Assembly: GCA_022711715.1 (NCBI GenBank)
Contig: JAKLEC010000002.1
Coordinates: 5,881-69,880, forward strand
From: Acidobacteriota bacterium
GTDB taxonomy: Bacteria > Acidobacteriota > Aminicenantia > UBA2199
DNA length: 64,000 bases
Reading direction: 5' to 3'
The notes beneath the pieces are model-generated. The model was not told the origin of the DNA, did no database searches, and worked only from the letters and a program-made list of their open reading frames with translations. Positions 18,436 to 26,022 of the stretch are shown here, one piece after another. The translations under genes were made by a program, and so were the position numbers. How positions within the stretch are numbered: position 1 is the stretch's first letter; each line of letters begins with the position of its first letter.

Positions 18436-18958
18436 GGGCCGCTCCCAGGCAGTGGGCGACGATCGCCTCGGCGTCGGCGAGGCGACCGCGCCCCGTTTCC
18501 AGATTGGCCAGCGGGCCCTCGTCCGCCTCGATGACCTCCACGCCGCGGCCGCGCAGCCGGGCCAGGTTGTCGGCGACGGCGGGGTTCTCCAGCATGTGGC
18601 GGTTCATGGCCGGGGCCACGACCACCCGCCTGGGGAAGGCGCAGAACACCGTCGACAGCAGGTCGTCGGCGATGCCGTTGGCCATCTTGCCGATCATGTC
18701 GGCCGAGGCCGGCGCCACCAGCAGCAGGTCGCTCTCCTGCGCCAGGCGGATGTGCAACAGCGGGTCCTGGCCGGGGGCGAACATCTCGCTGTAGACGCGC
18801 CCCGGGGCGAAGGTGGCGAAGGTGAGCGGCGCGATGAAGCGCGTGGCCGCCGCCGTCATCACCACCGTCGTCTCGTGCCCGTCCTTCTGGAAGCGGCGCA
18901 GGATGTCCACCGCCTTGTAGGCCGCGATCGAGCCGCTGACCCCGAGAACCAGTCTCAT
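18428..18958 (-). CDS. coaC: Phosphopantothenoylcysteine decarboxylase (CoaC flavoprotein domain as a separate ORF)
   Basis: LGVSGSIAAYKAVDILRR, VAPASADMIGKMANGIADDLL, PAMN motifs. Confidence 0.85.
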   Translation of the reverse strand: MRLVLGVSGSIAAYKAVDILRRFQKDGHETTVVMTAAATRFIAPLTFATFAPGRVYSEMFAPGQDPLLHIRLAQESDLLLVAPASADMIGKMANGIADDLLSTVFCAFPRRVVVAPAMNRHMLENPAVADNLARLRGRGVEVIEADEGPLANLETGRGRLADAEAIVAHCLGAAHV

Positions 18959-19578
18959 GTCGTCCTCCGCAGCAGCCGCGCCACTTTTGCCCCGCTGCGG
19001 CCGGCGCGCAGGCGGAAGGCAACGACCAGGCAGCGCAGGTCGGCCAGCGCCGCGGCCAGCTTGTCGTTGACCACGATGTAGTCGTACTCGCGCCAGGCGC
19101 GCAGCTCGCCGAGGGCGGCGGCGAGCCGCCGCCGCGCTTCGTCATCCAGCCGCTGCTGGCGCCGGCACAGCCGCTGCTTCAGGGCCGCCAGGGTGGGCGG
19201 GACGATGAAGACCGCCATGGCCTCGGGAAAGCGGCAACGGATGGCGCGAGCGCCCTGCACGTCGACATCGAGCAGCACGGTGCGGCGGAGGCGCGTGCGT
19301 TCGCGGATCTCCCGCCAGCTCGTGCCGTAGCGCTGGCCGTGCACCACCGCCCATTCGGCGAAGCGGCCGGCGCGGACCATGGCGGCGAAGCGCGCCGCGC
19401 TCACGAAGTGGTAGTCGCGCCCGTCCCGCTCGCCGGGGCGCGGCGCCCGCGTGGTGTGCGAGACCGAGAACTCCAGCTCGGGGAATTCCCGGCGCAGGCG
19501 GGCGATCAGGGTCGACTTGCCGCAGCCCGAGGGGCCGGAGACGATGATGATGTCGCGCACGGCCGGCGTCCTATTCAA
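18955..19578 (-). CDS. gmk: Guanylate kinase
   Basis: P-loop SGPSGCGKSTL, SHTTRAPRPGERDGRDYHFV. Confidence 0.92.
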   Translation of the reverse strand: MNRTPAVRDIIIVSGPSGCGKSTLIARLRREFPELEFSVSHTTRAPRPGERDGRDYHFVSAARFAAMVRAGRFAEWAVVHGQRYGTSWREIRERTRLRRTVLLDVDVQGARAIRCRFPEAMAVFIVPPTLAALKQRLCRRQQRLDDEARRRLAAALGELRAWREYDYIVVNDKLAAALADLRCLVVAFRLRAGRSGAKVARLLRRTT

Positions 19579-20449
19579 GGTTCTGCACCTGCTGGCGGAT
19601 CTTCTCGATCTCGCGGCGGATCAGCAGGATCAGCTGGTGGATCTCCAGGCTGGGGGTCTTGGCGGCGATGGTATGGGTTTCGCGCTGCATCTCCTGGGTG
19701 AGGAAGTCGGCCTCCTTGCCCTTGGCCGCCGGAACGCGCTCCTGCAGCAGGAGGCGCAGGCGCCGGGCATGCGCCTGCAGCCGGCTGATCTCCTCGGCGA
19801 TGCAGGACTTGTCGGCGCAGATGGCCGCCTCCTGGGCGAGGCGGCGCTCGTCCACGGGCAGGTCCTTGAGGAAGCGGGCGAGGCGCTGGCGGCAGCGGCG
19901 GAAGGCGTCGCGCTCCACCTCCTTCTCGCGCGCGCGCAGGGCCCGCACCTGGCGGTCGATGCGGGCCAGGGACGCCAGCAGGTCGCGGCGGATGGTCAGG
20001 CCCTCCCGGCGGCGGCTGCGCAGGAAGGCGGCGCAGACGGCCGTGACGGCGCGGCGCAGCGCCGCCTCGCCGCCGGCGCCCAGGCGCGCGGGGTCGTGGT
20101 CCAGGCGGAAGAGGGCGGGCAGCTTGAGCAGCGCGTCCAGCGCCGGGCCGGCGCCGTACTGGCGCTGCAGCGGCGCCAAACGGCGCAGCACCTCCGCGAT
20201 CAGGGGAACGTTCAGGCGGATGTCCCACTGGCCGGCCCCCTCGGGGAACAGGTCCAGCGTCACCTCCACCTTGCCGCGCTGCAGCTTGTCATTGAGCAGG
20301 TCGCGCAGGAAGCGCTCGCGGTCGGCCGTCAGGCCGCTGCCGCGGAAGCTGGTCTCCAGGTAGCGGTTGTTGTAGGACTTGAAGGAGACGAAAAGCGAAA
20401 AATCCCTATAACTATAGCGCCCCTGGGCGAATCCGGTCATGCTCTGCAT
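19571..20449 (-). CDS. yicC: YicC-family stress-induced protein (endoribonuclease YicC-like)
   Basis: MQSMTGFAQG...SYNNRYLE N-terminal YicC signature; C-terminal ...EMQRETHTIAAKT...IRQQVQNLE (DUF1732-like). Confidence 0.88.
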   Translation of the reverse strand: MQSMTGFAQGRYSYRDFSLFVSFKSYNNRYLETSFRGSGLTADRERFLRDLLNDKLQRGKVEVTLDLFPEGAGQWDIRLNVPLIAEVLRRLAPLQRQYGAGPALDALLKLPALFRLDHDPARLGAGGEAALRRAVTAVCAAFLRSRRREGLTIRRDLLASLARIDRQVRALRAREKEVERDAFRRCRQRLARFLKDLPVDERRLAQEAAICADKSCIAEEISRLQAHARRLRLLLQERVPAAKGKEADFLTQEMQRETHTIAAKTPSLEIHQLILLIRREIEKIRQQVQNLE

Positions 20450-20452
20450 GGC

Positions 20453-22255
20453 CTACATTATAATATTCATCTCCGGGAATTGCAAATTGTAGAGGGAGTA
20501 GTAGAGGCCGCGTTTCTTGAGCAGTTCGCGGTGGTCGCCGCATTCCTTGATCTCGCCGTTCTCGATGACCAGGATGCGGTCGGCCTCGATGATGGTGCTC
20601 AGGCGGTGGGCGATGACGAAGGTGGTGCGGTCCTTCATCACCTCGGCCATGGCTTCCTGGATGAGCTTCTCCGACTCGGAGTCCAGCGAGGAGGTGGCCT
20701 CGTCGAAGATCAGGATCGGCGGCTGCTTGAGCACGGCGCGGGCGATGGAGATGCGCTGGCGCTGGCCGTTGGAGAGGAAGATGCCGCGCTCGCCGACGAC
20801 GGTGTCGTAGCCCAGCGGCAGCTCGGCGATGAAGCCGTCGGCGCGGGCGACGGCGGCGGCGCGGCGCACGTCGTCCAGCGTGTAGCGCCGGCGGCCGTAG
20901 GCGATGTTGTTCAGGATGGAGTCGTTGAACAGGAACACGTCCTGGGTGACCAGGCCGATCTGCTCGCGCAGCGACTTCAGGGTGATGGCGCGGATGTCGC
21001 GGCCGTCCACCAGCACCTCGCCGCGCTCCGGCTCATAGAAGCGCAGCAGCATGTTCATGATGGTCGTCTTGCCCGAGCCGCTGGCGCCGACCAGCGCCAC
21101 CATCTCGCCGGCGCGGGCCTGGAAGGAGACGCTCTTCAGCACCGGCACCTGCGGCTGGTAGGAGAAGTGCACGTTCTGGAACTCGACCTCGCCGCGCACC
21201 GCCTTGACCTCCACCGCCGCGGCCCGGTCGCGGATGGGGTTGGCGGCCTGGATGATCTGCTTCACCCGCTCCCAGCCGGCCTTGCCCTGCTGGTAGTCGT
21301 TGTGGGCCAGGCTGAGGCGCTTGATGGGGGCGTACATCAGGAACAGCGCGGCCAGGAAGGAGGTGAATTGGCCGGGCGAGAGGGTGCCCTGCGAGATGCG
21401 GTGCATGCCCACGGTGAACAGCCCGGCCGCCACCAGGCCGCCGATGACGTCCATCACCGGCGAGGCCAGGGAGTAGGCCAGGGCGATCTTGGCGTTGATG
21501 CGGAAGTGCTTCTGGTTGAGCTGGCGGAACTTGTGGATCTCGAACTCCTCCATGTTGTAGGCCTTGACGATCTTGTGGCCCATGGCCGACTCGCTCATGA
21601 AGTTGCCCAGGTCGCCGATGGTCTCCTGCGATTGGATGCCGCGCTTCTTCACCTTGCGTCCGAAGTACGCCAGGGGCACGGCGGCCACCGGGATCAGCAC
21701 CAGCGACAGGGTGGCCATGCCCCAGTCCTGGTAGAAGATCACCGCCAGCAGGCAGGCCAGGGTCAGCGACTCACGGATGTACACCGCCAGGGTTTCGGCC
21801 ACGGCCAGCTTGATCTTCTCGATGTCGTTGGAGACGCGCGACACCAGGTCGCCGGTGCGCGCCTTGCTGAGGAAGTCCACCGACTGGTAGACCAGGCTGC
21901 GGTAGAGCTGGTCGCGGATGTTGCGCACCACCTTCAGCCCCAGCGTCTTCATCATGTACAGCGACAGGAAGGTGAAGACGGCCTGGCCGAGGAAGGTGGC
22001 CAGCAGCAGCTGCGGCAGGACCAGCACCAGCTGCTTCTGCTCGATGCCCAGCAGGCGCATGATGGCGGTGCGCACGACCTGGCCGCGCCCCGCCACCTGG
22101 CCGCCGCCCTGGATGAAGAGTTCGTCGATGACCGGCTGGATGATGAGGGCCAGGACGGCGGTGAACGCCGCCACCATCACCAGGAAGAACAGGGCCAGCA
22201 GGAAGCGGTTCAGGAAGGGCCGGAAATGGGAGTAGAGGGAGCGCTCCTCGGCCAT
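20453..22255 (-). CDS. msbA: Lipid A/lipid export ABC transporter, fused permease-ATPase (MsbA-like)
   Basis: Track ORF trimmed to MAEERSLYSHFRPFL. Six-TM ABC exporter domain, Walker A GASGSGKTT, signature LSNGQRQRISIARA, Walker B ILIFDEATSSLD. Confidence 0.88.
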   Translation of the reverse strand: MAEERSLYSHFRPFLNRFLLALFFLVMVAAFTAVLALIIQPVIDELFIQGGGQVAGRGQVVRTAIMRLLGIEQKQLVLVLPQLLLATFLGQAVFTFLSLYMMKTLGLKVVRNIRDQLYRSLVYQSVDFLSKARTGDLVSRVSNDIEKIKLAVAETLAVYIRESLTLACLLAVIFYQDWGMATLSLVLIPVAAVPLAYFGRKVKKRGIQSQETIGDLGNFMSESAMGHKIVKAYNMEEFEIHKFRQLNQKHFRINAKIALAYSLASPVMDVIGGLVAAGLFTVGMHRISQGTLSPGQFTSFLAALFLMYAPIKRLSLAHNDYQQGKAGWERVKQIIQAANPIRDRAAAVEVKAVRGEVEFQNVHFSYQPQVPVLKSVSFQARAGEMVALVGASGSGKTTIMNMLLRFYEPERGEVLVDGRDIRAITLKSLREQIGLVTQDVFLFNDSILNNIAYGRRRYTLDDVRRAAAVARADGFIAELPLGYDTVVGERGIFLSNGQRQRISIARAVLKQPPILIFDEATSSLDSESEKLIQEAMAEVMKDRTTFVIAHRLSTIIEADRILVIENGEIKECGDHRELLKKRGLYYSLYNLQFPEMNIIM

Positions 22256-22263
22256 GGGCCGGA

Positions 22264-23124
22264 TCAGGCCCTGCCCCGGGCCTCGGGGGCGGGCTCGGAC
22301 CGGCGCTCGGCGACGGGTGCGGCGGCGCGGGCGCGGCGGCCGAAGGCCAGGAAGAGCAGCGGCGAGATCACGTAGACCGAGGTGAGCAGCGGGATGGTGG
22401 TGTCGGGGAAGATGACCAGGCAGGCGATGACCAGCGCCAGCAGGAAGAGCATGCGCAGGCTGTTCTGGAGGGCGAACATCTTGACCGTGCGGTAGCGGAT
22501 GTTGGAGATCATCAGCAGCGACACCAGCAGCACCCACAGCGAGAAGAGCAGGCGGCCGAGGCGGCCGGCCGGCGGCGGCGCGCCGCCCAGCAGCAGCACC
22601 ACCGAGCAGACGGCCAGGGCGGCGATGGGGATGGGCAGGCCCACGAAGATGTTGGCCGGGACGGCCTGGGCCTCCTTGAAGACGTTGAAGCGGGCCAGGC
22701 GGATCAGGCCGGCGCTGAGGAAGACGAAGGCCACGATGCTGCCGGCCTGGGGGTTGCCCAGCTGGAAGCCCCACTTGAAGACCAGCATGGAGGTGACCAG
22801 GCCGAACGTGACGGCGTCGACCAGGGAGTCGAGCTGGACGCCGAAGTTGGATTCGGTCTTGGTCAGGCGGGCGATGGTGCCGTCGAAGCCGTCCATGACG
22901 ACGCTGGCGGTGATGAAGTAGATGGCGACCTTGAAGTCCGGCTGGGCGGCGACGATGCGGATCAGCGCCTGGTAGCCCAGGAACAGGTTGAGCAGGGTGA
23001 ATACCGACGGCAGGAACGAGATGCGCGTCAGCGACGACGCCTTGGCTTTCTTGACCTTCTTCTTTTTCATGTTCCTCGGCGGGGCGGAACTCGCCGCGCC
23101 CTCCAGCGGGTTTTCCCCGCCCAT
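22264..23124 (-). CDS. pssA: CDP-diacylglycerol-serine O-phosphatidyltransferase
   Basis: CDP-alcohol phosphatidyltransferase motif DGTIARLTKTESNFGVQLDSLVD (DGx2ARx8Gx3Dx3D). Start uncertain (ATG at 23124 or 23070). Confidence 0.85.
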   Translation of the reverse strand: MGGENPLEGAASSAPPRNMKKKKVKKAKASSLTRISFLPSVFTLLNLFLGYQALIRIVAAQPDFKVAIYFITASVVMDGFDGTIARLTKTESNFGVQLDSLVDAVTFGLVTSMLVFKWGFQLGNPQAGSIVAFVFLSAGLIRLARFNVFKEAQAVPANIFVGLPIPIAALAVCSVVLLLGGAPPPAGRLGRLLFSLWVLLVSLLMISNIRYRTVKMFALQNSLRMLFLLALVIACLVIFPDTTIPLLTSVYVISPLLFLAFGRRARAAAPVAERRSEPAPEARGRA

Positions 23125-23125
23125 G

Positions 23126-23350
23126 TCAGCCCGGCTGCCGGCGGAAGGCATCGATGCGCTTCTGCATGGCGTCCTTCAGGCGGAGCTTCTCCTTCTTGAG
23201 GTTCTTCTCGGCGACGCGCTCCTCGTCGCTCTTCTGGCGCTTCAGCAGGGAGCGCTGCAGCTGCTCCTCAAGCTCCTGGTGCTTGACGAACAGCATCTTG
23301 AACTCGCTGTCGCGCTCAATTAAGATCTCTTTTATTCTTTGTTCCTGCAT
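23126..23350 (-). CDS. DUF465 (YdcH-like) small coiled-coil protein
   Basis: 74 aa. EFKMLFVKHQELEEQL ... KKEKLRLKDAM pattern resembles E. coli YdcH. Overlaps the upstream gene end by 35 nt. Confidence 0.65.
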   Translation of the reverse strand: MQEQRIKEILIERDSEFKMLFVKHQELEEQLQRSLLKRQKSDEERVAEKNLKKEKLRLKDAMQKRIDAFRRQPG

Positions 23351-24164
23351 CCTTGGCCCCCTTGGCCTTGTTCTCCTTGTGGTTGCGGCAGTACTTCAGG
23401 TAGGCCTGGAGGTTGCGGTCCTTGCCGATGATCGACAGGGTGGTGATGATCGATTCGATGAAGTTCTCGTCCAGGACGTTGGTGACGATGTAGTCCAGCC
23501 CCTTGGCAATGGCCAGGGACACGAAGTAGGAGGCGATCAGCTGGCGCTTCGGCAGCCCATCAGCCAGCAGCGACACGTTGGCCATGGTCTTGACCTGGGG
23601 GAAATCCAGCTTGAACAGTTCCAGGGTGTCCAGGAAGACGCGGCCGCTGTTGAAGTCCTCCTCCAGCGGGCGGATCAGCGGGTCGAGCAGGATGTCCTGG
23701 CGCTTCATGCCGCGGTCGAGCAGGTAGTCGATGTATTTCTGGGCGATGAGCAGCGACTTCTCCGGGGTGTTGGAGTGGTTGTTGCGCTTGTCCTTGATCA
23801 GGGCGATGAGTTTGGCGTTCTTGGCCATCACCGTGTCGATGAGGTAGTCGATCTTCTCCAGGTCGTACTCCACGGCGCCGACGATGATGGGGCCCTTGGC
23901 GATCAGCAGGGCCTGCTTGAGCGCCTCGACGTTCTCGCTGACCACCACCAGCTTGGAGCCCAGCTTCTCCAGCATGGGGATGATCTCGCGCAGGAACGGC
24001 GTCTCGTTGTGCAGCAGCGAGAGCGCGTTGAGCTCGATGTACTCGGCGCCGGCCTCGATCTGCAGCTGCGCCTCCTTGCGGATGAACTCGAAGTCGCGCT
24101 TGTTCATCCGGTCCAGGACCTTCTTGTTGGCCGAGTTCAGCTTGTTGCCGACGATGGTTGTCAT
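23316..24164 (-). CDS. Pterin-binding (dihydropteroate synthase-like / MeTr-AcsE-like) domain protein
   Basis: 282 aa. Collinear by eye with methyltetrahydrofolate:corrinoid methyltransferase (IVGNKLN vs IIGERIN; LDPLIRP vs IDPLILP; ANVS vs SNVS; SLAIAKGLDYIVTN). Some canonical pterin-contact positions appear substituted. Confidence 0.6.
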   Translation of the reverse strand: MTTIVGNKLNSANKKVLDRMNKRDFEFIRKEAQLQIEAGAEYIELNALSLLHNETPFLREIIPMLEKLGSKLVVVSENVEALKQALLIAKGPIIVGAVEYDLEKIDYLIDTVMAKNAKLIALIKDKRNNHSNTPEKSLLIAQKYIDYLLDRGMKRQDILLDPLIRPLEEDFNSGRVFLDTLELFKLDFPQVKTMANVSLLADGLPKRQLIASYFVSLAIAKGLDYIVTNVLDENFIESIITTLSIIGKDRNLQAYLKYCRNHKENKAKGAKDAGTKNKRDLN

Positions 24165-24194
24165 GCGGATCCTTGTTCGCCTCCCAGTGGTGTT

Positions 24195-24521
24195 CTAGGC
24201 ATTGAAGAAGTCCTTCAGCAGGGCGATGGTCGAAAGCCCGCCGTCGCTGCGCCGCACCTCGACGCCGCGCTTGGCGGCCGCGGCGGGGACGGCGGCGGCG
24301 CCGCCGCAAACGACGACCAGACGCAGCTCGGGGGCCTGGGCCAGCGCCCTGCGGTTCAACTCGCGGGAGTCGGCGCACACCAGCGCCTCGGCCTCGCGCA
24401 TCTCGCCGCCCAGCCCGGCCAGGGCCGCGCCGGGATGAAAGCCCACTTCGAATTCCGGGATGGCGTTCAGCTGCTCGATGGCCTCGTTGGCGAGGAGGGC
24501 GGTGACCACGATGCGGATCAT
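24195..24521 (-). CDS. Small ORF resembling only the N-terminal substrate-binding lobe of D-3-phosphoglycerate dehydrogenase (SerA); possible remnant or stand-alone domain
   Basis: 108 aa. MIRIVVTALLANEAIEQL...AEALVCADSRELNRRALAQAPELRLVVVCGGAAAVPAAAAKRGVEVRRSDGG is collinear with the first ~100 aa of 2-hydroxyacid dehydrogenases. No NAD-binding GxGxxG domain follows. Sits directly after serC. Confidence 0.45.
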   Translation of the reverse strand: MIRIVVTALLANEAIEQLNAIPEFEVGFHPGAALAGLGGEMREAEALVCADSRELNRRALAQAPELRLVVVCGGAAAVPAAAAKRGVEVRRSDGGLSTIALLKDFFNA

Positions 24522-24638
24522 GGCTGTTCGCCGGGCGGTTGGCCGGAACGGCGGTTTTTTTCGCCCATGGCGGGCTTCAGGAGAAGAAAAACCGTCTTGG
24601 CCGCCAAATGCTTACCTCCCGTTCCGTTTCCAGTCGCC

Positions 24639-24667
24639 AGAATAGCAGATTTCGGCCTTTTTGTCAA
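24639..24667 (-). promoter_or_regulatory. Sigma70-like promoter for the 24521 ORF / pterin-binding gene
   Basis: On the minus strand: TTGACA (24667-24662), 17-nt spacer, TATTCT (24644-24639). Located just after the serC terminator. Confidence 0.45.
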
Positions 24668-24675
24668 CCGTCCGG

Positions 24676-24739
24676 CACAAAAATCCGTTCCCTTCGCCTT
24701 TCTTCCCGCGTTAGACGCGGGAAGAAAGGCGAAGGACGG
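24676..24739 (-). terminator. Rho-independent terminator after serC
   Basis: Perfect 20-bp stem CCTTCGCCTTTCTTCCCGCG / CGCGGGAAGAAAGGCGAAGG (24691-24710 / 24716-24735) with a 5-nt loop. On the minus strand it is followed by ATTTTTGTG. Confidence 0.8.
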
Positions 24740-24742
24740 CGG

Positions 24743-25819
24743 TTATTTGTTTTCGTTGGCGAATTTCTCCATGAACTGGACCAGGGCCTTGACCCCCTCC
24801 AGGCCCATGGCGTTGTAAATCGAGGCCCGGCAGCCGCCGACGCTGCGATGCCCCTTGAGGCCGATGAAGCCGGCCTTCTTGGCCTCGTTGACGAACTTTT
24901 CCTCCAGCTCCTCCGAAGGCAGGCGGAAGGTGACATTCATCCGCGAACGGTCCTTGGCATTGGCCGTGCCGCGGTAGTAGCCGTTGCTGCCGTCGATGGC
25001 GTCGTAGAGGGCCTTGGCCTTCTGCTCGTTGACCTTCTCGACCGCCGCCAGCCCGCCCTGCGCCTCGATCCAGTCCATGACCAGCTTGATGATGTAGATG
25101 GCGAAGCAGGGCGGGGTGTTGTAGAGCGACTTTTCCTTGGCGTGGGTCTTGTAGCTCAGCATGGTGGTCAGGCCGTCGGCGCAGGCCTCGATCAGGTCGT
25201 TGCGCATGATCACCAGCGTCACTCCCGCCGGGCCGATGTTCTTCTGGGCGCCGGCGTAGATCATGCCGACGTTCTTGAAGTCGATGCGGCGGCTGAAGAT
25301 GTCCGAGGACATGTCGATGACCAGCGGCACGCCGTTCGTCTCCGGGAACTTGGACCACTGGACGCCGCCGATGGTCTCGTTGGAGGTGACGTGCACGTAC
25401 TTGGCGTCGGCCGAGAAGCCGAATTTTTCCGGGATGTAGTTGAAATTCTTGTCCTCGGCGGAGGCGGCCACGTTCACCGTGCCGAACAGCTTGGCCTCCT
25501 TGATGGCTTTCTTGGCCCACTCGCCGGTGTGCACGTAGTCGGCCTTGCCGCCCTTGAGCAGGTTCATGGGGATCATGCCGAACTGCAGGCTGGCGCCGCC
25601 CTGCAGGAACATCACCGTGTAGTTCTCGGGCACGCCGAGCAGCGAGCGGATCTTGGCCTCGGCGGCGTTGATGACCGCCTCGAAGTCCTTGCTGCGGTGG
25701 CTGATCTCCAGGATCGACAGGCCGATGCCGTTCAGGTCCAGGAGCTCGGCCTGGGCCTTCTTCATCACCTCCTGGGGCAGGATGGCGGGACCGGCGTAGA
25801 AATTATACTTTTTGGCCAT
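24743..25819 (-). CDS. serC: Phosphoserine aminotransferase
   Basis: 358 aa. MAKKYNFYAGPAILPQEV, FLQGGASLQF, YAGAQKNIGPAGVT (PLP lysine) motifs. Confidence 0.93.
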   Translation of the reverse strand: MAKKYNFYAGPAILPQEVMKKAQAELLDLNGIGLSILEISHRSKDFEAVINAAEAKIRSLLGVPENYTVMFLQGGASLQFGMIPMNLLKGGKADYVHTGEWAKKAIKEAKLFGTVNVAASAEDKNFNYIPEKFGFSADAKYVHVTSNETIGGVQWSKFPETNGVPLVIDMSSDIFSRRIDFKNVGMIYAGAQKNIGPAGVTLVIMRNDLIEACADGLTTMLSYKTHAKEKSLYNTPPCFAIYIIKLVMDWIEAQGGLAAVEKVNEQKAKALYDAIDGSNGYYRGTANAKDRSRMNVTFRLPSEELEEKFVNEAKKAGFIGLKGHRSVGGCRASIYNAMGLEGVKALVQFMEKFANENK

Positions 25820-25942
25820 GGTGGAAGAACCTCCTCTTTCGTGTGTTGAACTTCCTGGATTCTACCGCGGGCGAAAGAAAAAAGCAATACGGGCCCGGCG
25901 GCCGCCCGGTGCGGGCCCCGGCCCGAGGCGGCGGGGCTGCCC

Positions 25943-25971
25943 TTGATTTTATTCCCGCGCTTGCCTACAAT
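25943..25971 (+). promoter_or_regulatory. Sigma70-like promoter for the GlpX-like gene
   Basis: TTGATT (25943-25948), 17-nt spacer, TACAAT (25966-25971); GAGGAGG Shine-Dalgarno before the ATG at 26023. Confidence 0.45.
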
Positions 25972-26022
25972 GAATGCCCGCCCGCCGGGGCGGACGGCAA
26001 TACGGCACCCGAGGAGGTTAGC

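Noticed and set aside
19451-22375. Very long antisense ORFs (19451..22375 +, 36929..39631 +, 41226..44561 -, 45032..47878 -, 58002..60134 -, 12944..14497 +)
   Set aside because: Each lies opposite a gene with unambiguous family motifs (msbA/yicC, ftsH, GH38, sensor kinase, helicase, permease). Each has the G/A/R/D/L/V-dominated composition of antisense frames in GC-rich DNA.
24522-24638. Leader upstream of the SerA-fragment/pterin-binding genes as a ZTP (pfl) or other folate-related riboswitch
   Set aside because: Only a superficial GACTGG...CCGCC resemblance. The conserved GACUGGCG, CACCGGG and CCGCCUGGGC blocks are not present as I remember them. It needs an Infernal scan before any claim.
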